From contig JAAZUY010000001.1 of assembly GCA_018623895.1 (NCBI GenBank), positions 1 to 31,509 on the forward strand: a stretch of DNA of 31,509 nt. Reading direction: 5' to 3'. A program made the position numbers and the translations under genes. A model generated the notes under the pieces. That model was not told the DNA's origin. It searched no databases and was given only the letters and a program-made list of their open reading frames with translations. Below, one piece after another: positions 8,566 to 17,352 of this stretch. This stretch comes from a bacterium (lineage in GTDB: Bacteria; Bacillota_I; Bacilli_A; Acholeplasmatales; Acholeplasmataceae). Position 1 is the first letter of the stretch. Each line of letters starts with the position of its first letter.

Positions 8566-9567
8566 GTGAAAGATATAAAAAAAATTGTTCTAGAAAAAAT
8601 AAATGAAGCAAAAAGTTTACTTCAATTACAAGAAATAAGAATTGAGTATCTCTCAAAAAAAGGATTAGTAAACGATTTAATGAAGAAAATCTCAAAACTA
8701 GATAAATCTGAAATTAAGAGTTACGGACAAGAAATTAATAATTTAAAACAATTTATAAATGAAAAAATAAAAAGTAAACAAGATGAAATAAAAAATAAAG
8801 AACTTGATCTTCAGCTTGAAAAAGAAAAAATAGATATCCATTTGGATAAAGATGTTTTGTCAAATGCCAACAAACATATTCTTAATAAAGTAATAGAAGA
8901 TGTTGAGGATTTTTTTCTTTTTAAGGGATATGAAATTGCAGAGGGGCCTGAACTTGAAACTGATTTGTATAACTTTGAAATGATGAATTTATCAAAAGGA
9001 CATCCAGCTAGAGAAATGCAAGATTCATTTTATGTCGATGCTGAAAACCTTTTGAGAACTCATACTTCTCCAGTCCAAGCGAGGGAAATGATTAAGAAGA
9101 AATCAAAGAAACTTGCCATTATTTGTCCTGGAAAAGTTTACCGAAGAGACAATGATGATCCAACACATTCTCATCAATTTATGCAAATTGAGGGTCTTGT
9201 TGTTGATGAAAATATCAATTTTGCAAACTTAAAATCAACTTTAATTGAGTTGATTAACCATATTTTTGGAAAAGAAAGAAATGTTAGGATGAGACCATCT
9301 TATTTCCCTTTTACTGAGCCAAGTGTAGAAGTTGATGTCTCACTGATTAAAGAAAATGGCGATGAAAACTATATTGAAGTTTTAGGTGCTGGCATGGTAC
9401 ATCCTAGAGTTTTAGATATGGCAGGATATAATCCTGATAAATTCTCAGGGTTTGCATTTGGTATAGGTGTTGAGAGAATAGCCATTCTAAAATACAAAAT
9501 AGACGATATAAGAAACTTTTATATTAATGATCTAAGATTTTTAAACCAATTCAAGGGAGATAATTAA
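8566..9567 (+). CDS. pheS: Phenylalanyl-tRNA synthetase alpha subunit
   Basis: HPAREMQDSF, LRTHTSPVQ, YFPFTEPS and GFAFGIGVERIA motifs. GTG start with GAGGTG RBS. Confidence 0.97.
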   Translation: MKDIKKIVLEKINEAKSLLQLQEIRIEYLSKKGLVNDLMKKISKLDKSEIKSYGQEINNLKQFINEKIKSKQDEIKNKELDLQLEKEKIDIHLDKDVLSNANKHILNKVIEDVEDFFLFKGYEIAEGPELETDLYNFEMMNLSKGHPAREMQDSFYVDAENLLRTHTSPVQAREMIKKKSKKLAIICPGKVYRRDNDDPTHSHQFMQIEGLVVDENINFANLKSTLIELINHIFGKERNVRMRPSYFPFTEPSVEVDVSLIKENGDENYIEVLGAGMVHPRVLDMAGYNPDKFSGFAFGIGVERIAILKYKIDDIRNFYINDLRFLNQFKGDN

Positions 9568-9568
9568 A

Positions 9569-11926
9569 ATGGTTATATCTCAAAACATGTTAAAAAACTT
9601 CATATCTCCAGAAAAAAATATTAAAGACATAACACTTCAACATATTACAGAAGTAGAGAGTTTTAAAAATTTTGATAATGATCCAAATATCGTTGTAGGT
9701 TTTATTACAAATATGAAGGATCATCCCAATTCAGATAGACTAAAAATTTGTGAAGTTGATGTTGGTTTAGAAAAATTACAAATAATTTGTGGAGCAAAGA
9801 ATGTAAAAAATAATATTTTTGTAATTGTTGCTAAAATAGGCTCTTTATTACAAGGAAAATTTAAGATAAAAAAAGCTAACATTAGAGGGATAGAGTCTCA
9901 TGGGATGATTTGTTCATTAAGTGAACTTGGAATTGATGAGAAATTCATTGATGAAGAATTCAAGGACGGAATTTATATTATTAGTGAAAGATGTGAAGTT
10001 GGAGAATCTGCTCTGGAAAGATTATCAATGACAGGATTTAAGATGGAATTGGGATTAACCCCAAATAGAGGTGATCTACTTTCAGTATTAGGATATGCGT
10101 ATGATTTATCAGCAGTAACTAATCAAAAAGTCAATCTTCCGAATATATCTTTAGATGATCATTTAAAAAAATCTAATATAAATGTCTCAATTGAGTCAGA
10201 CAAATGTTTAAAATATCATGCTAGAATATTGAAAAATGTCAATATAAAAGAATCTCCATGGTGGTTAAAAGAAGCTTTGATTTTAAATAATATTAGGCCA
10301 ATAAATAACATTGTAGACATAACTAATTACATATTGATAATGTATGGAACTCCACTTCATACATTTGACTATGATAAATTTAATGGTAATGAAATTCTAG
10401 TTAGAAATGCAAAAGACGGAGAAAAAACAAAATCCCTCGATGGAATTGAAAGACCATTAAATAATGATGATCTAGTAATAACGGAAAATAATAGAATAAT
10501 AGCTATAGCTGGAGTAATGGGTTCTGAAAATACGATGATTTCTGATAAAACAAATAATATTGTTTTAGAAGCTGCATATTTTGATCCTGAAAGTATTAGA
10601 AAGACATCAAAAAAACTAGACCTTATTAGTGAATCCAGTGTTAGATTTGAAAGAGGGATAAGCTATTCAAGAGTTGATTTGGGTTTAAATGTTGCGACTA
10701 AATTATTGATTGATTTAGCTGATGCAGATATCTTCTCAGGAATTTCCACTTGTGTTAAGAATGAATTTAAAGCAAAAAAAATTGAAATATCAGAAAAATA
10801 TATAAGTAAGAAAATTGGAAAAATCTTTTCTAAAAAAGAGATTTTAAATATTTTATATAGGTTAGGTTATGAAATTGAAGAAAAAAATGATAAGTTAATT
10901 TGTTCTCCTCCAGACTATAGGCACGACATTAATGAAAAAATTGATTTAGTAGAGGAAATTGCAAGAGTATATGGTATTGATAAACTTCCTGCAATTCCAG
11001 TTCAAGCAAATTATGACGGCGGTCTTAAATATGAACAAAAAAGAAAAAGGGTTTTAAGAAATGCATTATCAAATTTAGGATTTAATGAGGTAGTAACCTA
11101 TACTTTAGTTGATAAAAATACTAAAAGGGATTTCCCATCTTTTGGTAATGAAGTTACTGTTTTAATGCCAATGAGAGAAGATAGATCAATTTTGAGACAA
11201 TCTATGTATCCTGGAATGTTGGATGTTATGGAATACAATACAAAGAGAAAACAAAATAATATTTTCCTTTATGAAATAGGAAATGTTTTTTCAAAAAAAG
11301 AGGAGTTTGAAGAAATATCAATAATCGTTAAAGGTAAATTCAACAACAATTTGCTTTCCAAAAACAATAGTGATGTTGACTTTTTCTTTATTAAAGCGGT
11401 CTTGAAGAGAATAGGATTTATTCTAAACGTTGATTTATCAATTCAAGAGTCTAATAGTGAAGAGGTTTACCACCCTTATCAACAAGCAAAGATATATTTT
11501 GAGAATGAAGTTATTGGTCATATGGGAACATTTAACCCGAGGCTAATTTTAAAATACGACCTAAAAAAAGTTTTTGGACTAACAATTAAGTTATCAAAGA
11601 TTCTTGAGAAAAAGAAGAACATGATATTCAAGAATATTTCAAAGTTTCCATCAATCTCACGAGACTTATCGGTTATCTATCCAATTGAAAAATCAGTGAA
11701 AAATCTTACAGATATGATTTCAAATACAGTCAAAGAGAACCTTGTAGAGGTTAAAGTTTTTGATGTTTATAAAGGTGAATCTATTCATAAGGGCTTTAAA
11801 TCAATATCACTTAGAATGACATTTAATGACAGCAAAAAAACTTTGGAAACTAGCGATGTAGAAAAATGGATGAAGAAAATTTCCCACAGACTAACTCATG
11901 AGCTTGGGGCTACTTTACGTGGATAA
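9569..11926 (+). CDS. pheT: Phenylalanyl-tRNA synthetase beta subunit
   Basis: tRNA-binding OB fold (HPNSDRL, ICGAKNV, IRGIESHGMICS), TPNRGDLLS, RFERG, DLVEEIAR and FPSISRDLS. Directly follows pheS. Confidence 0.97.
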   Translation: MVISQNMLKNFISPEKNIKDITLQHITEVESFKNFDNDPNIVVGFITNMKDHPNSDRLKICEVDVGLEKLQIICGAKNVKNNIFVIVAKIGSLLQGKFKIKKANIRGIESHGMICSLSELGIDEKFIDEEFKDGIYIISERCEVGESALERLSMTGFKMELGLTPNRGDLLSVLGYAYDLSAVTNQKVNLPNISLDDHLKKSNINVSIESDKCLKYHARILKNVNIKESPWWLKEALILNNIRPINNIVDITNYILIMYGTPLHTFDYDKFNGNEILVRNAKDGEKTKSLDGIERPLNNDDLVITENNRIIAIAGVMGSENTMISDKTNNIVLEAAYFDPESIRKTSKKLDLISESSVRFERGISYSRVDLGLNVATKLLIDLADADIFSGISTCVKNEFKAKKIEISEKYISKKIGKIFSKKEILNILYRLGYEIEEKNDKLICSPPDYRHDINEKIDLVEEIARVYGIDKLPAIPVQANYDGGLKYEQKRKRVLRNALSNLGFNEVVTYTLVDKNTKRDFPSFGNEVTVLMPMREDRSILRQSMYPGMLDVMEYNTKRKQNNIFLYEIGNVFSKKEEFEEISIIVKGKFNNNLLSKNNSDVDFFFIKAVLKRIGFILNVDLSIQESNSEEVYHPYQQAKIYFENEVIGHMGTFNPRLILKYDLKKVFGLTIKLSKILEKKKNMIFKNISKFPSISRDLSVIYPIEKSVKNLTDMISNTVKENLVEVKVFDVYKGESIHKGFKSISLRMTFNDSKKTLETSDVEKWMKKISHRLTHELGATLRG

Positions 11927-12959
11927 AAAACTTATTTATGATCTATCATTTAAAGAAATACAAGATTTTGTTATTTTATCTGGGTTTAAAAGATATTGTG
12001 CAGATCAAATTTGGAGTTTTTTATATAGAAGAAAAGTAAAGTCTTTTTTTGATATGCATAATTTACCTAATCAACTAATTCAATTGCTTGAAGAAAAGTA
12101 TCACTTTAAAGCTCTAGAATATGTGTTACATCACAAGAGTGCTGATAAAACAACGAAGTTTCTATTTAGCTTAAAAGATAAGCATCTAATTGAAGTTGTT
12201 TTGATGTACCAATATTACGGAATAAGTATTTGTGTGACAACTCAGGTAGGATGTAATATTGGATGTTCTTTTTGTGCTAGCGGACAACTTTCAAAAAAAA
12301 GAAATTTAACATCAGGAGAGATTGTTTGTCAGATACTTGAAGCGGAAAGAATTTCTAAGCAAAAAGTAAAACATGTTGTAGTAATGGGTATCGGCGAACC
12401 TTTTGATAATTTTGATCATCTAAAAAAATTTCTTTTTGTTATAAACAATAATAAAGGCATTTCTATTGGTGCAAGACACATTACAGTCTCTACTTCAGGT
12501 ATAGTGCCAAAAATATTATCATTTTCCAAACTTGGAATACAAGTGAATTTAGCTATAAGTTTACATGCTGCAGATGACACAATAAGAAGTAAATTAATGA
12601 GAATAAATAATGTTTACGGTGTAGAAAAATTAATTAATGCAGTAAGAGAATATGTAAAAGTTACAAATAGAAGAGTAACATTTGAATATATAATGATTGA
12701 TGGAGTTAATGATAGTATTGAATCAGCTTTAAGTTTAGTTAACTTAATAAAAGACATCAAATCATACGTAAATCTCATACCATATAATCAAGTCATTGAA
12801 GCCCCGTACAAAAGATCTAAAATAGAAAACATGAATAAATTCTATGATATACTGAAAAAGAATAAGATTCAAGTTACACTCAGAAAAGAAATGGGTCACG
12901 ATATCAATGCAGCATGTGGACAACTGAGAAGTCAACATTCTAAGAATATAAATTTATGA
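11919..12959 (+). CDS. rlmN: Dual-specificity RNA methyltransferase RlmN (radical SAM)
   Basis: CVTTQVGCNIGCSFCASG (CxxxCxxC), MGIGEP, ISLHA and DINAACGQL. Likely start is GTG 11919 overlapping the pheT end. The ORF track start is 11898. Confidence 0.95.
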   Translation: MDKKLIYDLSFKEIQDFVILSGFKRYCADQIWSFLYRRKVKSFFDMHNLPNQLIQLLEEKYHFKALEYVLHHKSADKTTKFLFSLKDKHLIEVVLMYQYYGISICVTTQVGCNIGCSFCASGQLSKKRNLTSGEIVCQILEAERISKQKVKHVVVMGIGEPFDNFDHLKKFLFVINNNKGISIGARHITVSTSGIVPKILSFSKLGIQVNLAISLHAADDTIRSKLMRINNVYGVEKLINAVREYVKVTNRRVTFEYIMIDGVNDSIESALSLVNLIKDIKSYVNLIPYNQVIEAPYKRSKIENMNKFYDILKKNKIQVTLRKEMGHDINAACGQLRSQHSKNINL

Positions 12960-13897
12960 CCGGAAAGATAATTAGACAAATATCAAATCAATATACTGTA
13001 TTGGCTGAAAATGGAGAAAAATATCTAGTATTTGCTCGAGGAAAATTAAGATACTATCCAATTGGTGCTTCTTCATCTTTTTATAATTCGATTTCATCAA
13101 AAAATAAAAAAGAAAAAAAGATTATTGCTCTCAGCCCTAAAGTTGGAGATAACGTATTACTTGACTTAAATAATGATACAAAACTAATTAAAGAAGTTTA
13201 TTCTAGAAAAAATGATTTGATTCGTCCAGACATTTCAAATATTGACCAAGTTTTGCTTGTCTTTTCCGCAAAAAAACCTGAATTCAGTAGCATTTTATTA
13301 GATAAATTTTTAGTTATGCTTGAGTCATATAAAGTTAAAATATACATTTTAATAACTAAGATTGATTTGCTAGATCAAAAAGAAATGATTTCAATGAAAA
13401 AAGTAATGAAATATTACGATAAAATAGGTTATAATGTTTTTTTTGATAATTTGAAGAATGCTTCCAAAATTGAATCTTTAAAAAAAATTTTTAAAGGTAA
13501 GACTACTGTTGTCAGTGGACAAACAGGAGTAGGTAAATCAACGCTATTAAATCTTCTTAAGAAAGGTATAAATATAAAAACTCAGCCAATATCAGAAGCC
13601 TTAGGTAGAGGTAAGCATACGACTAGACACACGGAATTATATGAAATTGAAGATGGACTTATTGCAGATACTCCAGGTTTTTCAAAATTAGATTTAATTA
13701 ACATTAACGATAAAGATTTGAATAAACTATTTATTGAATTTAAAAATTTTAAATGCAAATTTAACTCCTGCCTGCACATAAATGAACCTTCATGTGAATT
13801 AAAAAAAGATCTTGAAGAAGGTAAAATTTTGAAATCAAGATATGAAAACTATTTGTACTTGTACAATAAAATAAAAAATAGGAAAAAGATATTTTAA
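12956..13897 (+). CDS. rsgA: Ribosome small-subunit-dependent GTPase A
   Basis: Circularly permuted GTPase (TKID, GQTGVGKS, GRGKHTTRH, DTPGFS) plus a Zn site (CKFNSCLHINEPSC). Confidence 0.95.
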   Translation: MTGKIIRQISNQYTVLAENGEKYLVFARGKLRYYPIGASSSFYNSISSKNKKEKKIIALSPKVGDNVLLDLNNDTKLIKEVYSRKNDLIRPDISNIDQVLLVFSAKKPEFSSILLDKFLVMLESYKVKIYILITKIDLLDQKEMISMKKVMKYYDKIGYNVFFDNLKNASKIESLKKIFKGKTTVVSGQTGVGKSTLLNLLKKGINIKTQPISEALGRGKHTTRHTELYEIEDGLIADTPGFSKLDLININDKDLNKLFIEFKNFKCKFNSCLHINEPSCELKKDLEEGKILKSRYENYLYLYNKIKNRKKIF

Positions 13898-13910
13898 TAG
13901 GAGGATTATA

Positions 13911-14534
13911 ATGAAAATTGCACCATCAATATTAAATGCACCATTGGACAATTTAGAAAAATTATTAGAAGAATTAAAAGATGCATATATGATACATTTA
14001 GATGTGATGGACGGTGTGTTTGTAAAAAATATATCATTTGGAAAACATTTTTGTGAAGAGATAAAAAGGCTTTCAAAATTGCCACTAGACATACATTTAA
14101 TGGTTGAGAATCCAGTTGATCATTTAAAAGATTTTTTAAATCTATCTCCGAAGTTTATCACAGTTCACATAGAATCAAACGATGTAAAAAAATCAATTGA
14201 ACTTATTAAAAAAAACGGAGTCGGAGTAGGTTTAGCGTTTAACCCAGAAACCCCAATAGATCAAGTCAAAATGTTCATTAAAGATGTTGACTTAGTTTTA
14301 GTGATGACCGTAAATCCTGGATTTGGTGGTCAGAAGTTTATTGAAAAATGTTTATCAAAAGTTGATTTTTTACAACTTCTAAAAAAGGAAAATAATTTTA
14401 TTGTTGAGGTCGATGGCGGTGTTGACGATAGTAATTTAAATTATTGTAGAGATAGAGGGGTAGATGTTTCAGTAGTTGGAAGTTACCTCTATAAATTGAA
14501 AAATAAATCAGAGTGGTTAAAAGCAAATAAATGA
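13911..14534 (+). CDS. rpe: Ribulose-phosphate 3-epimerase
   Basis: APSIL, HLDVMDGVFV, DIHLMV, MTVNPGFGGQ and VDGG motifs. AGGAGG RBS. Confidence 0.95.
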   Translation: MKIAPSILNAPLDNLEKLLEELKDAYMIHLDVMDGVFVKNISFGKHFCEEIKRLSKLPLDIHLMVENPVDHLKDFLNLSPKFITVHIESNDVKKSIELIKKNGVGVGLAFNPETPIDQVKMFIKDVDLVLVMTVNPGFGGQKFIEKCLSKVDFLQLLKKENNFIVEVDGGVDDSNLNYCRDRGVDVSVVGSYLYKLKNKSEWLKANK

Positions 14535-15148
14535 AGGTTTATGTTATTACATATCCTGCACCTAAAGACATAAAAAAAATTGTCAAAATTGACCAAAATG
14601 ATTATGTTATTGCGGTTGACCAGGGTTTGTATTTTGCTAACAAACAAAGAATCAAAGTAGATTTAGTTGTTGGAGATTTTGATTCATTACGAATGAAAAG
14701 TCTTTTGCATGGATTAAATGTTGAGAAGTTAGAAATTGAAAAAGATTTGACTGATACTCACTATGCACTTATAAAAGCTCAAGAGATGAATCCAGAGGAA
14801 ATATATTTGATTGGTGGAATAGGTGGGGAAAGACCGGAACATACATATGCGAATATAATGCTTCTTAATCATTTTAATAATTTAAAGATATTAACCGAAA
14901 ATTCGACTTTTGAAGTTGTCACAAAATATAAGAAAACCACATGGGATGGTTTTTTGAATGTATTTCCATTCAATAAATCAATAATAACTCTTAAAGGATT
15001 TAAGTACGATTTAAAAGAACATGAATTAGAAAAATTTAATACTTTAGGAATTTCTAATTATTTAACTAAAGATTTTGGTGAGATATATGTTCACGAAGGA
15101 CAAATTCTTTTGATTCAAACAAAAAAAAATGCTTTAAAAGCATTTTAA
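14531..15148 (+). CDS. thiN: Thiamine diphosphokinase
   Basis: [28 protein letters not shown] and LGISN motifs. Conserved rsgA-rpe-thiN order. Confidence 0.9.
   Translation: MKVYVITYPAPKDIKKIVKIDQNDYVIAVDQGLYFANKQRIKVDLVVGDFDSLRMKSLLHGLNVEKLEIEKDLTDTHYALIKAQEMNPEEIYLIGGIGGERPEHTYANIMLLNHFNNLKILTENSTFEVVTKYKKTTWDGFLNVFPFNKSIITLKGFKYDLKEHELEKFNTLGISNYLTKDFGEIYVHEGQILLIQTKKNALKAF
15121..15146 (-). terminator. rpmB terminator embedded in the last codons of thiN
   Basis: AAAATGCT-TTAAA-AGCATTTT hairpin (15126-15146) next to a plus-strand A9 run (15121-15129) that forms the U-tail on the minus strand. Confidence 0.6.
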
Positions 15149-15333
15149 ACTCTATTTAATTTACTCTTTTTTAGAGCCCTTGCAGAAACTTTTACTTTTT
15201 TTGTAGTTCCATCTTCAAGTTTTATCTTAACTGTTTGCAAATTCACTTTCCAAGAGTGCTTAGTAGCGTTTAGAGCGTGTGATCTTCTATTTCCAGTTAG
15301 TGATTTTTTTCCAGTAACATAGCATTTTGCCAT
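15145..15333 (-). CDS. rpmB: 50S ribosomal protein L28
   Basis: [10 protein letters not shown]...[12 protein letters not shown]...NLQ...VSARALK. ATG 15333 has an AAGGGG RBS. The ORF track start is 15342. Confidence 0.95.
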   Translation of the reverse strand: MAKCYVTGKKSLTGNRRSHALNATKHSWKVNLQTVKIKLEDGTTKKVKVSARALKKSKLNRV

Positions 15334-15410
15334 TATTCTCACCCCTTACTGAACAATTGTAACACACATCTGATAAAAATAAAAATGTAAAATATCAAGT
15401 TTTTCATATT

Positions 15411-15439
15411 TTGCAATTTAATTGAATTAATGCTATAAT
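15411..15439 (+). promoter_or_regulatory. sigmaA promoter for fakA
   Basis: TTGCAA-N17-TATAAT with an extended TG. Confidence 0.7.
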
Positions 15440-15488
15440 GTCTAAGATTTTACCAAAAATTTAAAGACCCTTTTATTAGGAGAAACCT

Positions 15489-17120
15489 ATGTCTAATAAA
15501 GAAATAAACGGATTGTTATTTAAAAAAATTGTAACAAATGGTGCAATAAAATTAAAAAATCATTATAAAGAGATAGACCATTTAAATGTTTTCCCTGTTC
15601 CTGATGGGGATACAGGAACAAATATGCAAATGACTATGATGTCTGGTGTTAAAGAAATTAAGATAAGTAACTCAGAGTCCATAGTTGAAATTTCAAAAGC
15701 TCTTTCAAGAGGTCTTTTGATGGGTGCTAGAGGTAACTCAGGTGTTATCTTGTCTCAATTTTTTAGAGGCATATATTCAGGACTATCTAAATTAGAAAAA
15801 AATTTTGCCACCGTTAGTGAATTCATTGATGCTCTTGTTAGTGGCTATCAAATGGCATATCGTGCAGTAATGGAACCTGTAGAAGGAACAATATTAACTG
15901 TAGTAAGAGAATCAGCAGAAAGAGTGTTAAGAGATAAAGAAAAATTTAATTCAATTAAAGATGTGCTAGAATGTTATTTAACTCAAGCTAATATTACGCT
16001 TGAAAAAACTCCAGAGCTTTTACCAGTTTTAAAGGAAGCTGGAGTTGTTGATTCAGGTGGTGCAGGATTAATAAAGATAGTTGAAGGTATGATTTTAGCA
16101 TTAGAGGATAAGATTTTAAATGAAAATGAAAAAATAGAAGAATCATCGGATTATCATGGTGCACATAATCTTGGAGAAGTTGAAATTACTTATGGATACT
16201 GTACAGAATTTATTATTAAATTGAGAGATCATGAGAAATTTAACCAAAGTGATTTAAGGGATCCTTTGACTAAATTAGGGGACTCTCTAGTTTTTGTACA
16301 GGATGAAGATTTATTGAAAGTTCACATTCATACCGATGAACCAGGAATTGCTATTACTCTAGGACAGAAATATGGAGATCTTCAGACTTTAAAAGCCGAT
16401 AATATGAGATTACAAAATCAGGAAATACTTTCAAAGAAAGATGAGCCCACAAAAGAGTTAAAAGATTATGCAATTTTATCAGTTTGTTCAGGAGAAGGAA
16501 TTAAACAAATTTTTAAAGATCTTGGTGTAGATAATGTTATTGATGGTGGTCAATCAATGAATCCATCAACTGAAGATTTCATAAAATCTATTGAAAAAGT
16601 ATATGCAAACAACATAATTATTTTTCCGAATAATAAAAATATTATTATGTCAGCAAAACAAACTCAGGAATTATTACCTGAAAAAAATATTCATGTAGTA
16701 GAGACTAAAAGTATATCTCAAGGATATGCAGCCATGATAGCTTTTGATCCAACAATGAAAATAAACGAGAATCTAGATGTTATGAATGAAGTTATAGAAA
16801 ATATGAGTTATGGTTCTATAACATCATCAATAAGAGATACAAATTTAGATGGTTTAGAAATAAAAAAAGATGACTATATTTCACTATTGAATGGAAAAAT
16901 AATTAGTTCAAATTCTGACTTAACTGAAACCGGAAAAGTGCTTTTAAAAAAAATGATCAAACCCGATAGTGAAATTCTCACTATATTTGTTGGTAACAAT
17001 ACAAATAAAAAAACACTTGAGACCTTTAAAACTTATGTTAGAACTTTTAATAGCGATGTTGAAATTGAATCCATTGATGGTAAACAGAACATATATTTTT
17101 ACTTGTTTGCTGTTGAATAG
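15489..17120 (+). CDS. fakA: DAK2-domain protein, fatty acid kinase catalytic subunit (YloV/FakA)
   Basis: LNVFPVPDGDTGTNM, GARGNSGVILSQ, EGTILTV, VVDSGG, YGYCTEF, KVHIHT and GGQSMNPS motifs. Confidence 0.92.
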   Translation: MSNKEINGLLFKKIVTNGAIKLKNHYKEIDHLNVFPVPDGDTGTNMQMTMMSGVKEIKISNSESIVEISKALSRGLLMGARGNSGVILSQFFRGIYSGLSKLEKNFATVSEFIDALVSGYQMAYRAVMEPVEGTILTVVRESAERVLRDKEKFNSIKDVLECYLTQANITLEKTPELLPVLKEAGVVDSGGAGLIKIVEGMILALEDKILNENEKIEESSDYHGAHNLGEVEITYGYCTEFIIKLRDHEKFNQSDLRDPLTKLGDSLVFVQDEDLLKVHIHTDEPGIAITLGQKYGDLQTLKADNMRLQNQEILSKKDEPTKELKDYAILSVCSGEGIKQIFKDLGVDNVIDGGQSMNPSTEDFIKSIEKVYANNIIIFPNNKNIIMSAKQTQELLPEKNIHVVETKSISQGYAAMIAFDPTMKINENLDVMNEVIENMSYGSITSSIRDTNLDGLEIKKDDYISLLNGKIISSNSDLTETGKVLLKKMIKPDSEILTIFVGNNTNKKTLETFKTYVRTFNSDVEIESIDGKQNIYFYLFAVE

Positions 17121-17140
17121 ATAGATAATTCATTCAAAAT

Positions 17141-17226
17141 GCGGACGTGGTGGAATGGTAGACACGCATGCTTGAGGGGCATGTGACTTTAAAGTCGTGT
17201 GAGTTCAAATCTCATCGTCCGCACCA
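17141..17226 (+). tRNA. tRNA-Leu(GAG)
   Basis: Acceptor GCGGACG/CGTCCGC, anticodon arm CATGC-TTGAGGG-GCATG, long variable arm, TTCAAAT T-loop, A73 and encoded CCA. Length 86 nt. Confidence 0.97.
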
Positions 17227-17264
17227 TCTATTAAAAGTGAAATTCTATTAATATACAAAATGCT

Positions 17265-17300
17265 AAAAAGTTAGGTATATTTACTTGCTTTTTTTTTTTT
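17265..17300 (+). terminator. Possible weak terminator after tRNA-Leu
   Basis: Imperfect G-U-rich hairpin followed by T12. Confidence 0.35.
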
Positions 17301-17313
17301 AAGGGAGTATAAC
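17285..17313 (+). promoter_or_regulatory. sigmaA promoter for the antiporter, with a T12 tract in the spacer
   Basis: TTGCTT-N17-TATAAC. The T run covers 17289-17300. Confidence 0.55.
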
Positions 17314-17352
17314 AAATATGGAAATTATTCTATTCGTAATTAGGAGTTAAAT

